From positions 40,887 to 104,886 of the forward strand of contig CAXMMR010000027.1 in assembly GCA_963692975.2 (NCBI GenBank): a DNA stretch of 64,000 nucleotides, written 5' to 3'. The notes under the pieces were generated by a model. That model did not search any database. It had not been told where the DNA came from and saw only the letters and a list, made by a program, of their open reading frames with translations. Of the stretch, positions 28,098 to 36,787 are shown piece by piece. The position numbers and the translations under genes are program-made. How positions within the stretch are numbered: the first letter of the stretch is position 1; the number at the start of each line of letters is the position of its first letter. Source of the DNA: Acetobacteraceae bacterium. Lineage in GTDB: Bacteria; Pseudomonadota; Alphaproteobacteria; Acetobacterales; Acetobacteraceae.

Positions 28098-28668
28098 TCA
28101 GACCGCCATCGCCGACGACAGGCTGGCGGAAATCTGGAACGAAGCGGCGCCTGACATCATCCCAGAGGTCATGGTCGAGTGCCGCCTCTGGCGCCGCCTG
28201 GTGCCGCAGGCCGAACGCCTCACCAGCCGCGCCGCCCGCCTCGCCGGCGGCGTCGCCACCGTGGTCCTGAGCAGCGATCGCGCCGTGCGCCGCCTCAACG
28301 CCCGCCATCGCGGCCGCAACAAGCCGACCAACGTGCTGACCTTCGCCGCCACGCCCGGCGAGCCCGGCGGCGGCATCGTGCTCGCCCTCGGTACCGTCCG
28401 CCGCGAGGCCCTCGCGCAGCGCCGCCGCCCGGCCCACCACCTCGCCCACCTGGTCGTGCACGGCGCCCTGCACCTCGCCGGCCACGACCATCACGGCCCC
28501 GGCGAGGCGCGCCGCATGGAAATGGCCGAGGCGCGGCTGCTGCACCGCCTCGGCGTGCCGAACCCCTGGCGCCCGCCGCTGCACGCCGCGCCCCAGTCTC
28601 CCCGCGGGGCCACGCCCCGACCTTCCGGCAGAGCCGCGCCCCAACCTTCGGGCAGAGCCGCGACATGA
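28081..28668 (+). CDS. ybeY: rRNA maturation RNase YbeY
   Basis: It has NKPTNVLTF...[15 protein letters not shown] (the HGxLHLxGxDH zinc motif). The ATG at 28081 overlaps the end of phoH. Confidence 0.85.
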   Translation: MEPRSSQTAIADDRLAEIWNEAAPDIIPEVMVECRLWRRLVPQAERLTSRAARLAGGVATVVLSSDRAVRRLNARHRGRNKPTNVLTFAATPGEPGGGIVLALGTVRREALAQRRRPAHHLAHLVVHGALHLAGHDHHGPGEARRMEMAEARLLHRLGVPNPWRPPLHAAPQSPRGATPRPSGRAAPQPSGRAAT

Positions 28669-29564
28669 GCGGCGCCGCGCCCGGCCCCAAACCGCCGCTG
28701 TTCCGCCTGCCGCTGATGCGGCCGCTCGTCGGCCTGCTCGGCCGCCGCCGCCGCAGCGAAGGCCTGCGCCGCTCCATCGCCGAGCTGATGGAGGAGGCGG
28801 AGATCCCGCACACCGCCGGCCATGCCCCGGAGCTCGACCGCCAGGAACGCCTGCTGATCGACAACGTCCTGCGCCTGTCCGGCAAGACCGCCGACGACGT
28901 CATGATCCCGCGCGCCGACATCGTCGCCATGCAGGCCGACGTGACGCTGGACGGCGCGCTCGAGCAGATCCGCCGCGAAGGCCACTCGCGCCTGCCGGTG
29001 TTCGGCGAGCAGCTCGACGACGTCCTCGGCATGATCCACATCAAGGACGTCTACAGCTATCGCGGCCGGCCGGAGACCTTCCAGCTGCGTACCATCCTGC
29101 GCCGCCCGCTGATGGTCGCCCCGCAAGTCCCGGTCCTCGACCTGCTGCTGCAGATGCGCCAGGCCCGCATGCACCTCGCCCTCGTGGTCGACGAATACGG
29201 CGGCATCGACGGCCTGCTCACCATCGAGGACCTCGTCGAGACCATCGTCGGCGACATCGCCGACGAGCACGACGAGCTCGCCGGCTCGATGCTGACCGAG
29301 CGCGCCGACGGCACCCTCGACCTCGACGCCCGGCTGCCGATCACCGAGTTCGAAACCCGCCTCGGCCGCCCGCTCGCCCAGGACGACGCCGATTTCGACA
29401 CCGTCGGCGGCCTCGTCTTCACCCTGGTCGGCCGCGTCCCCGCCCGCGGCGAAGTCATCAGCCACCCGTCGGGGATCGAGTTCCGCGTGCTGGACGCCGA
29501 CGCTCGCCGCATCCGCCGGTTACGCGCCCGGCTGCCGGCAGCAAGTAAGGAAGCGGCAGAGTAA
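28665..29564 (+). CDS. corC: CBS-domain hemolysin/CorC-family protein (TlyC/YbeX)
   Basis: ATGA overlap with ybeY. It reads ...[11 protein letters not shown]...HSRLPVF...[25 protein letters not shown]... Confidence 0.85.
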   Translation: MSGAAPGPKPPLFRLPLMRPLVGLLGRRRRSEGLRRSIAELMEEAEIPHTAGHAPELDRQERLLIDNVLRLSGKTADDVMIPRADIVAMQADVTLDGALEQIRREGHSRLPVFGEQLDDVLGMIHIKDVYSYRGRPETFQLRTILRRPLMVAPQVPVLDLLLQMRQARMHLALVVDEYGGIDGLLTIEDLVETIVGDIADEHDELAGSMLTERADGTLDLDARLPITEFETRLGRPLAQDDADFDTVGGLVFTLVGRVPARGEVISHPSGIEFRVLDADARRIRRLRARLPAASKEAAE

Positions 29565-29580
29565 GACCAGGAAAGTAAGC

Positions 29581-29634
29581 AAGGCCAGGAGCTCTGCTCC
29601 TGGACCTCGCTGGGGCCGTGAGGCCCCAGACCCC
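29581..29634. repeat. Family-A half-element (left terminal inverted repeat of the cargo unit)
   Basis: AAGGCCAGGAGCTCTGCTCCTGGACCTCGCTGGGGCCGTGAGGCCCCAGACCCC. Confidence 0.9.
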
Positions 29635-29652
29635 TTAACTTAAGAGGATCGC

Positions 29653-30222
29653 ATGGCTCTGGCAGCGGAACACGTGGTCGCCGAATGGATGTTTCGGAAG
29701 GGCTTTATGACGGTGCGAGGGGCAAGGCTCGGTAACACCGAGCTCGATCTACTCGGTGTTCGGCCTAAAAACGGTGGCGTCGAGGGCTGGCACGTAGAAG
29801 TTCAGGTCAGTTTTAGGCCGGTGGATCACCTGGGGCCAAAACTCAAAGAAAAGGAAAAATCAGCGATCTCACAGGACCTGAGTCAGCCCGACGCAAAACG
29901 AGCCGTGATCACGAGCAGAGCCGAGAAGTTTGTGGAGAAGAAGTTTACAAGCGAGAACGTCAACAAGCTGCGCGACAGCTGCTGGCCAGGCATCGAGTGG
30001 CGCAGGTTATTTGTCCATGGGCGACTAGTTGCGCATCAGCTGGAGCTGGAGGTCGTCCAAAGACATGTCGAGACGATCTCGTTTGAGGACGTCCTTGATC
30101 ATCTTCTCAAGCGTGATCCAAAAGAAGAGAGGGTTTCGGCGTCCGCGACGGACATTGCGGAGATTGTAGCGTTCTATGAAGAGCGCGTCCGAAGCACACC
30201 GACTGCGGCGAAACCCGTCTAA
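29653..30222 (+). CDS. Hypothetical protein with a PD-(D/E)xK-like (YraN/Mrr-like) nuclease core at the N-terminus
   Basis: AEHVVAEWMFRKGFMTVRGARLGNTELDLLGVRPKNGGVEGWHVEVQVSF resembles the E...(G)ExDL...VEV(K/Q) pattern of UPF0102/Mrr-type nuclease folds. The C-terminal 130 aa are Lys/Glu-rich and of unknown function. I see no H-hydrophobic-H (HUH) motif. Confidence 0.55.
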   Translation: MALAAEHVVAEWMFRKGFMTVRGARLGNTELDLLGVRPKNGGVEGWHVEVQVSFRPVDHLGPKLKEKEKSAISQDLSQPDAKRAVITSRAEKFVEKKFTSENVNKLRDSCWPGIEWRRLFVHGRLVAHQLELEVVQRHVETISFEDVLDHLLKRDPKEERVSASATDIAEIVAFYEERVRSTPTAAKPV

Positions 30223-30228
30223 TCTGAT

Positions 30229-30282
30229 GGGGGTCTGGGGCCTCAGGCTTCAGCGGGTCCAGGGCAGAGCCCTGGCCTTGCT
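30229..30282. repeat. Family-A half-element (right terminal inverted repeat of the cargo unit)
   Basis: GGGGGTCTGGGGCCTCAGGCTTCAGCGGGTCCAGGGCAGAGCCCTGGCCTTGC. Confidence 0.9.
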
Positions 30283-30301
30283 TCTAAAGGATCATCCCCG
30301 C

Positions 30302-30637
30302 GTGGGCTATCTCATTCCGACTCTGCTGCTGATCCTGGCCACGAGCCTGGAGGCCGGCGGAGACGCCGTGATCCGGATCGGGCTCAAGCCGCATGACCTG
30401 GCCGCGCGGGCCGGCCTGATGCTGGCGGGCGGCGCGATCCTCTACGGCTACGGCCTGACGCTCAATCTCGCCCCACTCGACTGGGGCCGCCTTATCGGCG
30501 CCTACGTCGCGACATTCTTCGTCGTCGCGCAGCTCATCAACCTGATCGTCTTCAAGACCGCGCCGACCCTGCCGATCGTCGTCGGCGGTCTGCTCATCGT
30601 CGCCGGCGGCGGGGTCATGACCGTATGGCAGCGCTAG
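30302..30637 (+). CDS. YnfA-family (UPF0060) small membrane protein
   Basis: GTG at 30302. It has four predicted TM helices, with ...ATSLEAGGDAVIRIGL...YGYGLTL...GAYVATFFVVAQLINLIVFK...LLIVAGGGVM. Size and pattern resemble YnfA. Confidence 0.6.
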   Translation: MGYLIPTLLLILATSLEAGGDAVIRIGLKPHDLAARAGLMLAGGAILYGYGLTLNLAPLDWGRLIGAYVATFFVVAQLINLIVFKTAPTLPIVVGGLLIVAGGGVMTVWQR

Positions 30638-30716
30638 AGGCGCACGGGGCCGTCCTTGCGACGACCGCGGGTCTCGGACGATGTTCGGTGATGCCTCGAG
30701 CGCCCATATAGCTTGG

Positions 30717-31490
30717 ATGGACTTCACCGAGGACGAGATCCAGCGCTACTCGCGCCACATCCTGCTCGACGAGATCGGCGGGACGGGCCAGGCGCGGCTG
30801 CGCGCGGCGCGGGTGCTGATCGTCGGCGCCGGCGGGTTGGGCTGTCCGCTGGCGCTCTATCTGGCGGCGGCCGGCATCGGCACACTCGGCCTGGTGGATG
30901 ACGACGTAGTGGAGCTGTCGAACCTGCAGCGCCAGGTCGCGCACCGCACCGACGGCCTCGGGCGGCGCAAGGTCGACAGCCTGGCCGACGCCATCGCGGC
31001 GCTCAACCCGCTTGTCCAGGTCGAGCGGCACGCCGTGCGGTTGGACGCGGCGAACGCCGCCGACCTGGCGCGGCGATACGACCTGGTCTGCGACGCGAGC
31101 GACAACTTCGCCGCCCGCTACGCCGTGGCCGACGCCTGTCTTGCGGTATTTCGCCCTCTCGTCAGCGCCGCGGTGCTCCGCTTCGAGGGCCAGCTCTCGA
31201 CGTTCAAGCCGCATGAGGGCCCCGAGCACCCGTGCTACCGCTGCCTCTACCCCGAGCCGCCGCCCGCGGGCGCCGTGCCGTCCTGCGGCGAGGCCGGCGT
31301 GTTCGGCGCGGTGACCGGGGTGATGGGCACGCTGCAGGCGAACGAGGTGATCAAGGAGCTGCTGGCCCTGGGCGAGAGCCTGTCCGGCCGGCTGCTGACC
31401 TGGGACGCGCTGCAAGCACGCTTTCGTGTGATCCGGTTGCGTCCCGACCCGGCCTGCGCAGTATGCGGCCGTGTCGGTGCGGAGACGTGA
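30717..31490 (+). CDS. moeB: ThiF/MoeB-family adenylyltransferase (molybdopterin-synthase adenylyltransferase-like)
   Basis: MDFTEDEIQRYSRHILLDEIGGTGQARLRAARVLIVGAGGLGCP...LVDDDVVELSNLQRQ... is ThiF/MoeB-like, with CYRC...CAVC zinc motifs. The alternative ATG is at 30681. There is no rhodanese domain. Confidence 0.8.
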   Translation: MDFTEDEIQRYSRHILLDEIGGTGQARLRAARVLIVGAGGLGCPLALYLAAAGIGTLGLVDDDVVELSNLQRQVAHRTDGLGRRKVDSLADAIAALNPLVQVERHAVRLDAANAADLARRYDLVCDASDNFAARYAVADACLAVFRPLVSAAVLRFEGQLSTFKPHEGPEHPCYRCLYPEPPPAGAVPSCGEAGVFGAVTGVMGTLQANEVIKELLALGESLSGRLLTWDALQARFRVIRLRPDPACAVCGRVGAET

Positions 31491-31493
31491 CCC

Positions 31494-31874
31494 ATGATGT
31501 CTAAGCCTCTCGGCGTCCTGCTGCTCTCCGGAGCCCACGACCGCGCGCACTACGCCCTGGTGCTGGCGGCAGGCGCCGCGGCGCTCGGCCGCGCCGTCAC
31601 TTTGTTCGCCACCAATGGCGGCTGCCGCGCGCTGTGCGCCGACTGGTCCGGGCTCGACGATGTCGGCCGGGACGCGGCGCTGCGCCGGCGCGGCGTGGTC
31701 GGCTTCGGCGAGCTGCGCGATGCGGCGCGCGACGCCGGGGTCGCCTTCATTTGCTGCGAGACCGGGCTGCATTCGGAAGACATCGCGCCCGAGGAGCTCT
31801 GGGAGCCGGCGCTGGTCGCCGGCGTCGCGACCTTTCTTGAGGCCGTGGGCGACGGGCAGATGATCTCGATCTGA
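31494..31874 (+). CDS. DsrE/DsrF-like family protein (putative sulfur-relay or peroxiredoxin-like fold)
   Basis: LGVLLLSGAHDRAHYALVLAAGAAALGRAVTLFATNGG...AFICCETGL. The size and pattern resemble DsrE-like proteins. It starts 4 nt after the moeB-like stop. Confidence 0.5.
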   Translation: MMSKPLGVLLLSGAHDRAHYALVLAAGAAALGRAVTLFATNGGCRALCADWSGLDDVGRDAALRRRGVVGFGELRDAARDAGVAFICCETGLHSEDIAPEELWEPALVAGVATFLEAVGDGQMISI

Positions 31875-31982
31875 CGACCTGCGCATGTTGCCCGACCTGC
31901 GCATGTTGCCCGACCTGCGCATGTTGCCCGACCTGCGCATGTTGCCCGACCTGCGCATGTTGCCCGACCTGCGCATGTTGCC
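31875..31982. repeat. 18-bp perfect direct repeat (CGACCTGCGCATGTTGCC) x6
   Basis: Read directly from the sequence. It starts immediately after the DsrE-like stop codon and ends 35 nt upstream of the next gene. Confidence 0.95.
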
Positions 31983-32017
31983 TTGACGCTGCGGACGGCG
32001 CGCGGCACCCACGCTGC

Positions 32018-32827
32018 ATGCCTCGTTTTCTCGTGTCGGCCGTGTTCTGCCTTGCCGCCTCGGCTGCCGCCGCCCAACCTGCCACGCAGGCGCCGCCGCC
32101 GCCCAACTGGAGCCAGGCGCTGCGGGTGCATCCGGTCTCGCGCCCCGGCCACACCACCTCGCAGCTTGGCCTGCCAGCGCTGCATCACGGCCTGCCGCAT
32201 CGGCCGCCGCTGCACCACGCGGTGATCACCCACCCCGCGCACCACGCGCTGCCGCCAACACGCAAGCCGCCGGCACGGCCCGAGTCGCACCCGGTCATAC
32301 CCGCCCGCACGCACCATCCCGAACCAGTCGCTGCGCCGCGGGTCGCGCCTCCACCCCCCTCGCCTCCGGCGCCCCCGCCCGAGCCGCCGAAGGGCACGGT
32401 GACCGGCCTGCCGCTGCCGCGCTTCGCGTCGCTGCGCTCGGACGACATCAACCTGCGCAGCGGCCCCGGCGCGCGCTACCCGATCGACTGGGTCTACAAG
32501 CGCCGCGAGCTGCCGGTGATGATCGAGCGCGAGTTCGACGTCTGGCGGCTGATCGAGATGCCGGACGGCACCAAGGGCTGGGTGCACCAGGCGACGCTGA
32601 CCGGCCGCCGCACCTTCGTGGTCACCGGCGCCGACGCGACGCTGCGCGCCAGCGCCAGCCAAACGGCCGAGGCGGTCGCGGTGCTGCGCGTCGGCGTGGT
32701 CGGCCGCATCCGAGCCTGCGATGCGGCGTCCGACTGGTGCCAGGTGCAGGCCGCCGACCAGCACGGCTGGCTGCCGCGCAGCGCGTTCTGGGGCACCGCG
32801 CCGAACGAGCCGGTGGCGCCGCCATAG
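32018..32827 (+). CDS. Secreted SH3-like domain protein
   Basis: Signal peptide MPRFLVSAVFCLAASAAAAQ, a Pro-rich linker, then LPLPRFASLRSDDINLRSGPGARYPIDWVYKRRELPVMIEREFDVWRLIEMPDGTKGWVH (bacterial SH3-like). Confidence 0.7.
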   Translation: MPRFLVSAVFCLAASAAAAQPATQAPPPPNWSQALRVHPVSRPGHTTSQLGLPALHHGLPHRPPLHHAVITHPAHHALPPTRKPPARPESHPVIPARTHHPEPVAAPRVAPPPPSPPAPPPEPPKGTVTGLPLPRFASLRSDDINLRSGPGARYPIDWVYKRRELPVMIEREFDVWRLIEMPDGTKGWVHQATLTGRRTFVVTGADATLRASASQTAEAVAVLRVGVVGRIRACDAASDWCQVQAADQHGWLPRSAFWGTAPNEPVAPP

Positions 32828-32830
32828 GGC

Positions 32831-32937
32831 AAGCGCTTCTTTTTTGAAAAAAGAAGCAAAAAACTTTCATCCGTTGATTACGAACATCAATCGGTCAGAA
32901 GTTTTTTGGTCCTTTTTTTCAAAAAAGGACCGCTTCC
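32831..32937. repeat. Family-B AT-rich palindromic MITE-like element
   Basis: AAGCGCTTCTTTTTTGAAAAAAGAAGCAAAAAACTTT...GAAGTTTTTTGGTCCTTTTTTTCAAAAAAGGACCGCTTCC. It has terminal inverted repeats made of perfect palindromes. Confidence 0.9.
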
Positions 32938-32940
32938 TTT

Positions 32941-33957
32941 TTACGTCGCCCTGAAGTTCACCACCGCCGCAAATCCGGTCTCGGTGCCGATCGCCAGCCG
33001 CGTTCCATCCGGGCTCCACGCCAGCGCCGACACCGCGCCGCGTCCCGGCCCGGCGACCCGCAGCAGCTTCTGCTCGCTGATCTCGGCCAGGATCACGCTG
33101 CCGTCGGCGTGCCCGGCGGCGACCGTCTCCTGCTCGGGGTGGCAGGCGACGCGGGTGACCATGGCGCTGCCGCCGCCGAGCTCGCGCGGCGCCTTGCCCA
33201 TCGGCCCGCCGCCGAAGAACGGCCACAGCACGATCACCTCGGCGCCCGAGCTCGCCAGCCACCGGCCGCTGCGGCTGAAGCCGAGCGAGGCCGTCTTGGC
33301 CGGATAGCCGGACATCCGCATGTGCTGCCCGTCGGCCAGCCGCCAGCCATGCAGCGCGTTGTCCTGCATGGTGGTCATCACGGCATCGGCGCTCGGATGG
33401 ATGGCGACGCCGGTGTGGCTGCCCTTCCACTCGAGCAGCCGCGGCTTGTCCTCGCGCGCGGCGACGAAGCGCAGCGAGGCGCCGTTATAGTGCGAGGCCG
33501 CCAGCCGCTTGCCGCGCGCGTCGAACGCGAGCCCGGTCACCGTCGTTGCATGCTCGTAGCGCCGCTGCGCGATCCCCGCGCCGTCGAACAGCTCGACGCG
33601 CTTGCCGGCGGCCGCGGCAATCAGGCCGCTGCCGCCCCGCCAGCTCGCCACCTGCTCGACCCAGCGCCCGCCGAAGCTCGCCACCTCCCTTGTCGCCCCG
33701 TCCACGCCGGTGCGCATCAGCCGCCCGTCATCGCCGCCGCTGACAAACCCGCCGGCCGGGTGCGCGGCAAGACACAGCGTGCCGCCATCATGCGCCTCGA
33801 CCGCCCGGAACGACTCGCCAAGCCGCAGCGTCCCGTCGCCGAGCGCAAATGCGACGACGCCCCCAGCGTCAAAGACGACCGCAACGACAAAGGCGTCCAG
33901 CTCGGCGGTGATGCCGCGTGTGCGTAGCACCAGGTCGGCGTCCAGCGTCGCGCTCAT
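32941..33957 (-). CDS. WD40-repeat protein
   Basis: It has repeated ...GDGTLRL..., ...GGDDGRLM... and ...WSPDGTRLAIGTETG... blades. Confidence 0.7.
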   Translation of the reverse strand: MSATLDADLVLRTRGITAELDAFVVAVVFDAGGVVAFALGDGTLRLGESFRAVEAHDGGTLCLAAHPAGGFVSGGDDGRLMRTGVDGATREVASFGGRWVEQVASWRGGSGLIAAAAGKRVELFDGAGIAQRRYEHATTVTGLAFDARGKRLAASHYNGASLRFVAAREDKPRLLEWKGSHTGVAIHPSADAVMTTMQDNALHGWRLADGQHMRMSGYPAKTASLGFSRSGRWLASSGAEVIVLWPFFGGGPMGKAPRELGGGSAMVTRVACHPEQETVAAGHADGSVILAEISEQKLLRVAGPGRGAVSALAWSPDGTRLAIGTETGFAAVVNFRAT

Positions 33958-33972
33958 CCCGCCGCGTCCCGC

Positions 33973-34935
33973 TCAGGCGGCACGGCAGCTTTCCAGCCCG
34001 CGCCGCAACTGCGGCCGGTTGAGGTTGCGGCCGATAAACACCACGCGGGAGGTGTGCGCCTCGCCATGCTTCCACGGCCCGATGAAGTCGCCATCCGCCA
34101 TCATGTGCACCGCCTGGAAGGCGAAGCGCCGCTCCTCGCCGGCATAGGCCAGGATGCCCTTGGTGCGCAGCATGTCCGCCCCGCGCTCGGCCAGCAGCGC
34201 GCCGATCCAGGCCTGGAAGCGCGACGCATCCAGCGGCTCGGCCACCTCGACGCTCACCGAGGCGATCTCGTCGTCATGCGAGTGCTCGGTGTCGGTGAGA
34301 AAAGTCGGGTCGAAGTCGAGCACCCGCGACAGCTCGAACGCGCCACGCTCGAGGATCTGCTCGACCGGCACCTGCGAGCGCGTCGCATGATGCAGCCGCG
34401 CCGTGCGGTTGATCCGCCGAACCGACGCCTCGACCGCGGCGAGTTCGTCGGCCGAGACCAGGTCGACCTTGTTCAGCACGATCACGTCGGCGAACGCGAT
34501 CTGGGCCGCCGCCTCGGCGCTGTCGGCCAGCCGGTCCGGCAGCGTTTTCGCGTCGACCACGGTGACGATGGCGTCGAGCCGCGTCTTGCCCCGCACGTCC
34601 TCGTCGACAAAGAAGGTCTGCGCCACCGGCGCCGGGTTCGCGAGCCCCGTGGTCTCGACGATGATGCCGTCGAACCGCCCCTTGCGCCGCATCAGCCCGC
34701 CGAGGATGCGGATCAGGTCGCCGCGCACGGTGCAGCAGATGCAGCCATTGTTCATCTCGAACACCTCCTCGTCGGCATCGACCACCAGGTCGTTGTCGAC
34801 GCCGAGCTCGCCGAACTCGTTGATCACCACCGCATAGCGCTTGCCGTGGCTGCCGGTGAGAATGTGATTGAGTAGCGTGGTCTTGCCCGCGCCGAGATAG
34901 CCGGTCAGCACGGTAACCGGAACGAGGTCAGCCAT
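33973..34935 (-). CDS. CobW/YjiA-type G3E-family metallochaperone GTPase
   Basis: ATG at 34935. VTVLTGYLGAGKTTLLNHIL is the P-loop, followed by ...NNGCICCTVRGDL (the CxCC motif). Confidence 0.85.
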   Translation of the reverse strand: MADLVPVTVLTGYLGAGKTTLLNHILTGSHGKRYAVVINEFGELGVDNDLVVDADEEVFEMNNGCICCTVRGDLIRILGGLMRRKGRFDGIIVETTGLANPAPVAQTFFVDEDVRGKTRLDAIVTVVDAKTLPDRLADSAEAAAQIAFADVIVLNKVDLVSADELAAVEASVRRINRTARLHHATRSQVPVEQILERGAFELSRVLDFDPTFLTDTEHSHDDEIASVSVEVAEPLDASRFQAWIGALLAERGADMLRTKGILAYAGEERRFAFQAVHMMADGDFIGPWKHGEAHTSRVVFIGRNLNRPQLRRGLESCRAA

Positions 34936-34954
34936 TCGACGCTCCTTTAAGAAA

Positions 34955-35064
34955 GCGGTTTTTTTTGAAAAAAAGAACCAAAAAACTTCTATCCGTAAAG
35001 ACGCCTTCGGCCGACATAGATAATCGGATAAAAGTTTTTTGCTTCTTTTTTTCAAAAAAGAAGC
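34955..35064. repeat. Family-B AT-rich palindromic MITE-like element
   Basis: GCGGTTTTTTTTGAAAAAAAGAACCAAAAAACTTC...AAAAGTTTTTTGCTTCTTTTTTTCAAAAAAGAAGC. The right hairpin supplies the last codons and the stop of the upstream glycosyltransferase ORF. Confidence 0.9.
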
Positions 35065-36134
35065 CCTTCTCTGACCTTCAGCAGCCGCTCCCGCGCCGGC
35101 CCGACGTCGAACTGCCTCGCTCGCGCCAGCCCGCGTACCGCCAGCGCCGTCCGCAGCCCGGCATCCGCCGCCAGCCGCCGCAGCGCCTCGGCCAGCGCAC
35201 CCGGCTGATCCGGGTCGACGATCAGCGCCGCGTCGCCGACCAGCTCGGCCAGGCCGCCACGGCCCGAGCAGACCAGCACCGCGCCGCTCGCCATCGCCTC
35301 CAGCGCCACCAGCCCGAACGGCTCCGGCCAGCGGCTCGGCACCGCCACGATCGCCGCTGCCGCCATCGCCGCCAGCACCGCCTCGTGCGGCCGGTAGCCA
35401 TCGAGCACGATCCCCGCCGCCGCAGCCTGCGGCCGCAGCCTAGCCAGGAACGGCGTGTCCGGCGAGCCTGGCCCGAACCGATCGGCGCCGATCATCCGCG
35501 CCCGCCAGCCCGGCAGGTCCGGCAGCGCCGCGGCGCAGGCCGCAACGAACGCGTCCGCCCCCTTGTCGGCCACGATCCGCCCAGCAAACAGGATCTCCGG
35601 CGTCCGCACGGCCGCCGACGGCGGCAGCGCCGCCAAGTCCACGCAGTTCGGCAGCACAGCCGGCGGCGGCGCGTCGCCGACCCCTTCCATAAAGCGTTCG
35701 GCGAGCCAGCCGGACACGGTCGCCACCCGCACCACCGCCAGCAACCGCCGCCGCGCCGCCGGGTCGGCCGCGCCGCGCATGCCCTGTGGATCATTGTGCA
35801 GCACCAGCAGCACCGGCGTGTCCGGCATCGCCCGCCGCACCGCCAGCGCGATCGCCGGCCGGTTATGCACCTCCACCAGCCCCGGCCGCAGCCGCCGCAG
35901 CGCCCGCACGACCCCGTTGGCATAGCGGCCAACATGGCTTGATGGCGGCCAGAACGGTAGCCGCACCGGCTCGAACCGCCGGGAGGCAAACGCCGCACCC
36001 TCGAACGCCCGCCCCAGCACCACCTCGCCGCCGCTCGCCAGCCGCTCCACCAGCAGCCCGATCGCCCCGGCATGGCCCGGACCAAACCCCTCGCGCGGCG
36101 GCAGCACCACCGCGACCGAAGAGCCGCCGCTCAC
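35052..36134 (-). CDS. Glycosyltransferase family 4/GT-B
   Basis: It has ...VPSRWPEPFGLVALEAMASGAVLVCSGRGGLAELV (the GT-B EX7E region). The GTG at 36134 overlaps the upstream GST stop (GTGA). Confidence 0.75.
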   Translation of the reverse strand: MSGGSSVAVVLPPREGFGPGHAGAIGLLVERLASGGEVVLGRAFEGAAFASRRFEPVRLPFWPPSSHVGRYANGVVRALRRLRPGLVEVHNRPAIALAVRRAMPDTPVLLVLHNDPQGMRGAADPAARRRLLAVVRVATVSGWLAERFMEGVGDAPPPAVLPNCVDLAALPPSAAVRTPEILFAGRIVADKGADAFVAACAAALPDLPGWRARMIGADRFGPGSPDTPFLARLRPQAAAAGIVLDGYRPHEAVLAAMAAAAIVAVPSRWPEPFGLVALEAMASGAVLVCSGRGGLAELVGDAALIVDPDQPGALAEALRRLAADAGLRTALAVRGLARARQFDVGPARERLLKVREGLLF

Positions 36135-36787
36135 GCCTGCTCGTACTTGTCGAGCCTCCACGCCACGGGCTCCGCCGCCGCCTCACCATACCAGCGATCC
36201 ACAAGCGGATGCGCCCGCACCGCCGCGCAATACGCTGAGCTCACCTCGCCCAACGCCGGCCCATACGTCAGGAACCGCGCCACCACCGGCGCGAACATCG
36301 CATCCGCCAGCCCCATCGACTCGCCGAACAGGAACCCGCCGCCCGCGCCAAACCGCCGCCGCGTCTCGCCCCAGATCGCCTCGATCCTGGCGATGTCCGC
36401 CGCCACCTCCGGCGCCGGCACCCGCGGCGCGACCTCGCGCCCCAGCACCATCGGCATCGCCATCCGCAGCGGGCGAAACCCGGCATGCATCTCCGCCGCG
36501 ATCGCCCGCGCCCAGCTCCGCGCCACCCGTTCCGCCGGCCACAACCCCGGCGCCAGCTCGGCGCAATACTCGCCGATCGCCAAGCTCTCCCAGATCACCG
36601 CGCCATCATGGTGCAACGCCGGAACCAGCCCGGACGGCGTCGCGTCCCGCACCGCCGACGGCCCATCGCCCGCCAGCGGAATGACCTCGTCCGTGACCTC
36701 AAGCCCCGCCAGGCGAACCGCCAGCCAGCCGCGCATCGACCAGGAGGAGTAGCGCCTGGTGCCGAGGATCAGACGATTGTCAGTCAA
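36131..36787 (-). CDS. Glutathione S-transferase family protein
   Basis: LILGTRRYSSWSMRGWLAVRLAGLEV...GLVPALHHDGAVIWESLAIGEY is GST-like. It has an apparent TTG start at 36787 directly abutting a repeat element. Confidence 0.75.
   Translation of the reverse strand: MTDNRLILGTRRYSSWSMRGWLAVRLAGLEVTDEVIPLAGDGPSAVRDATPSGLVPALHHDGAVIWESLAIGEYCAELAPGLWPAERVARSWARAIAAEMHAGFRPLRMAMPMVLGREVAPRVPAPEVAADIARIEAIWGETRRRFGAGGGFLFGESMGLADAMFAPVVARFLTYGPALGEVSSAYCAAVRAHPLVDRWYGEAAAEPVAWRLDKYEQA

Larger units (their letters stand above)
29581..30282. mobile_element. Putative composite unit: two inverted family-A half-elements bracketing a single lower-G+C gene
   Basis: The reverse complement of 30229..30282 closely matches 29581..29634. 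The interior (29635..30228) is visibly more A+T-rich than the flanks and contains one ORF. Confidence 0.5.

Noticed and set aside
31747-32157. Minus-strand ORF containing (HAQVGQ)x6
   Set aside because: It is generated purely by the 18-bp direct repeats and has Arg/Ala-rich flanks with no coding signature.
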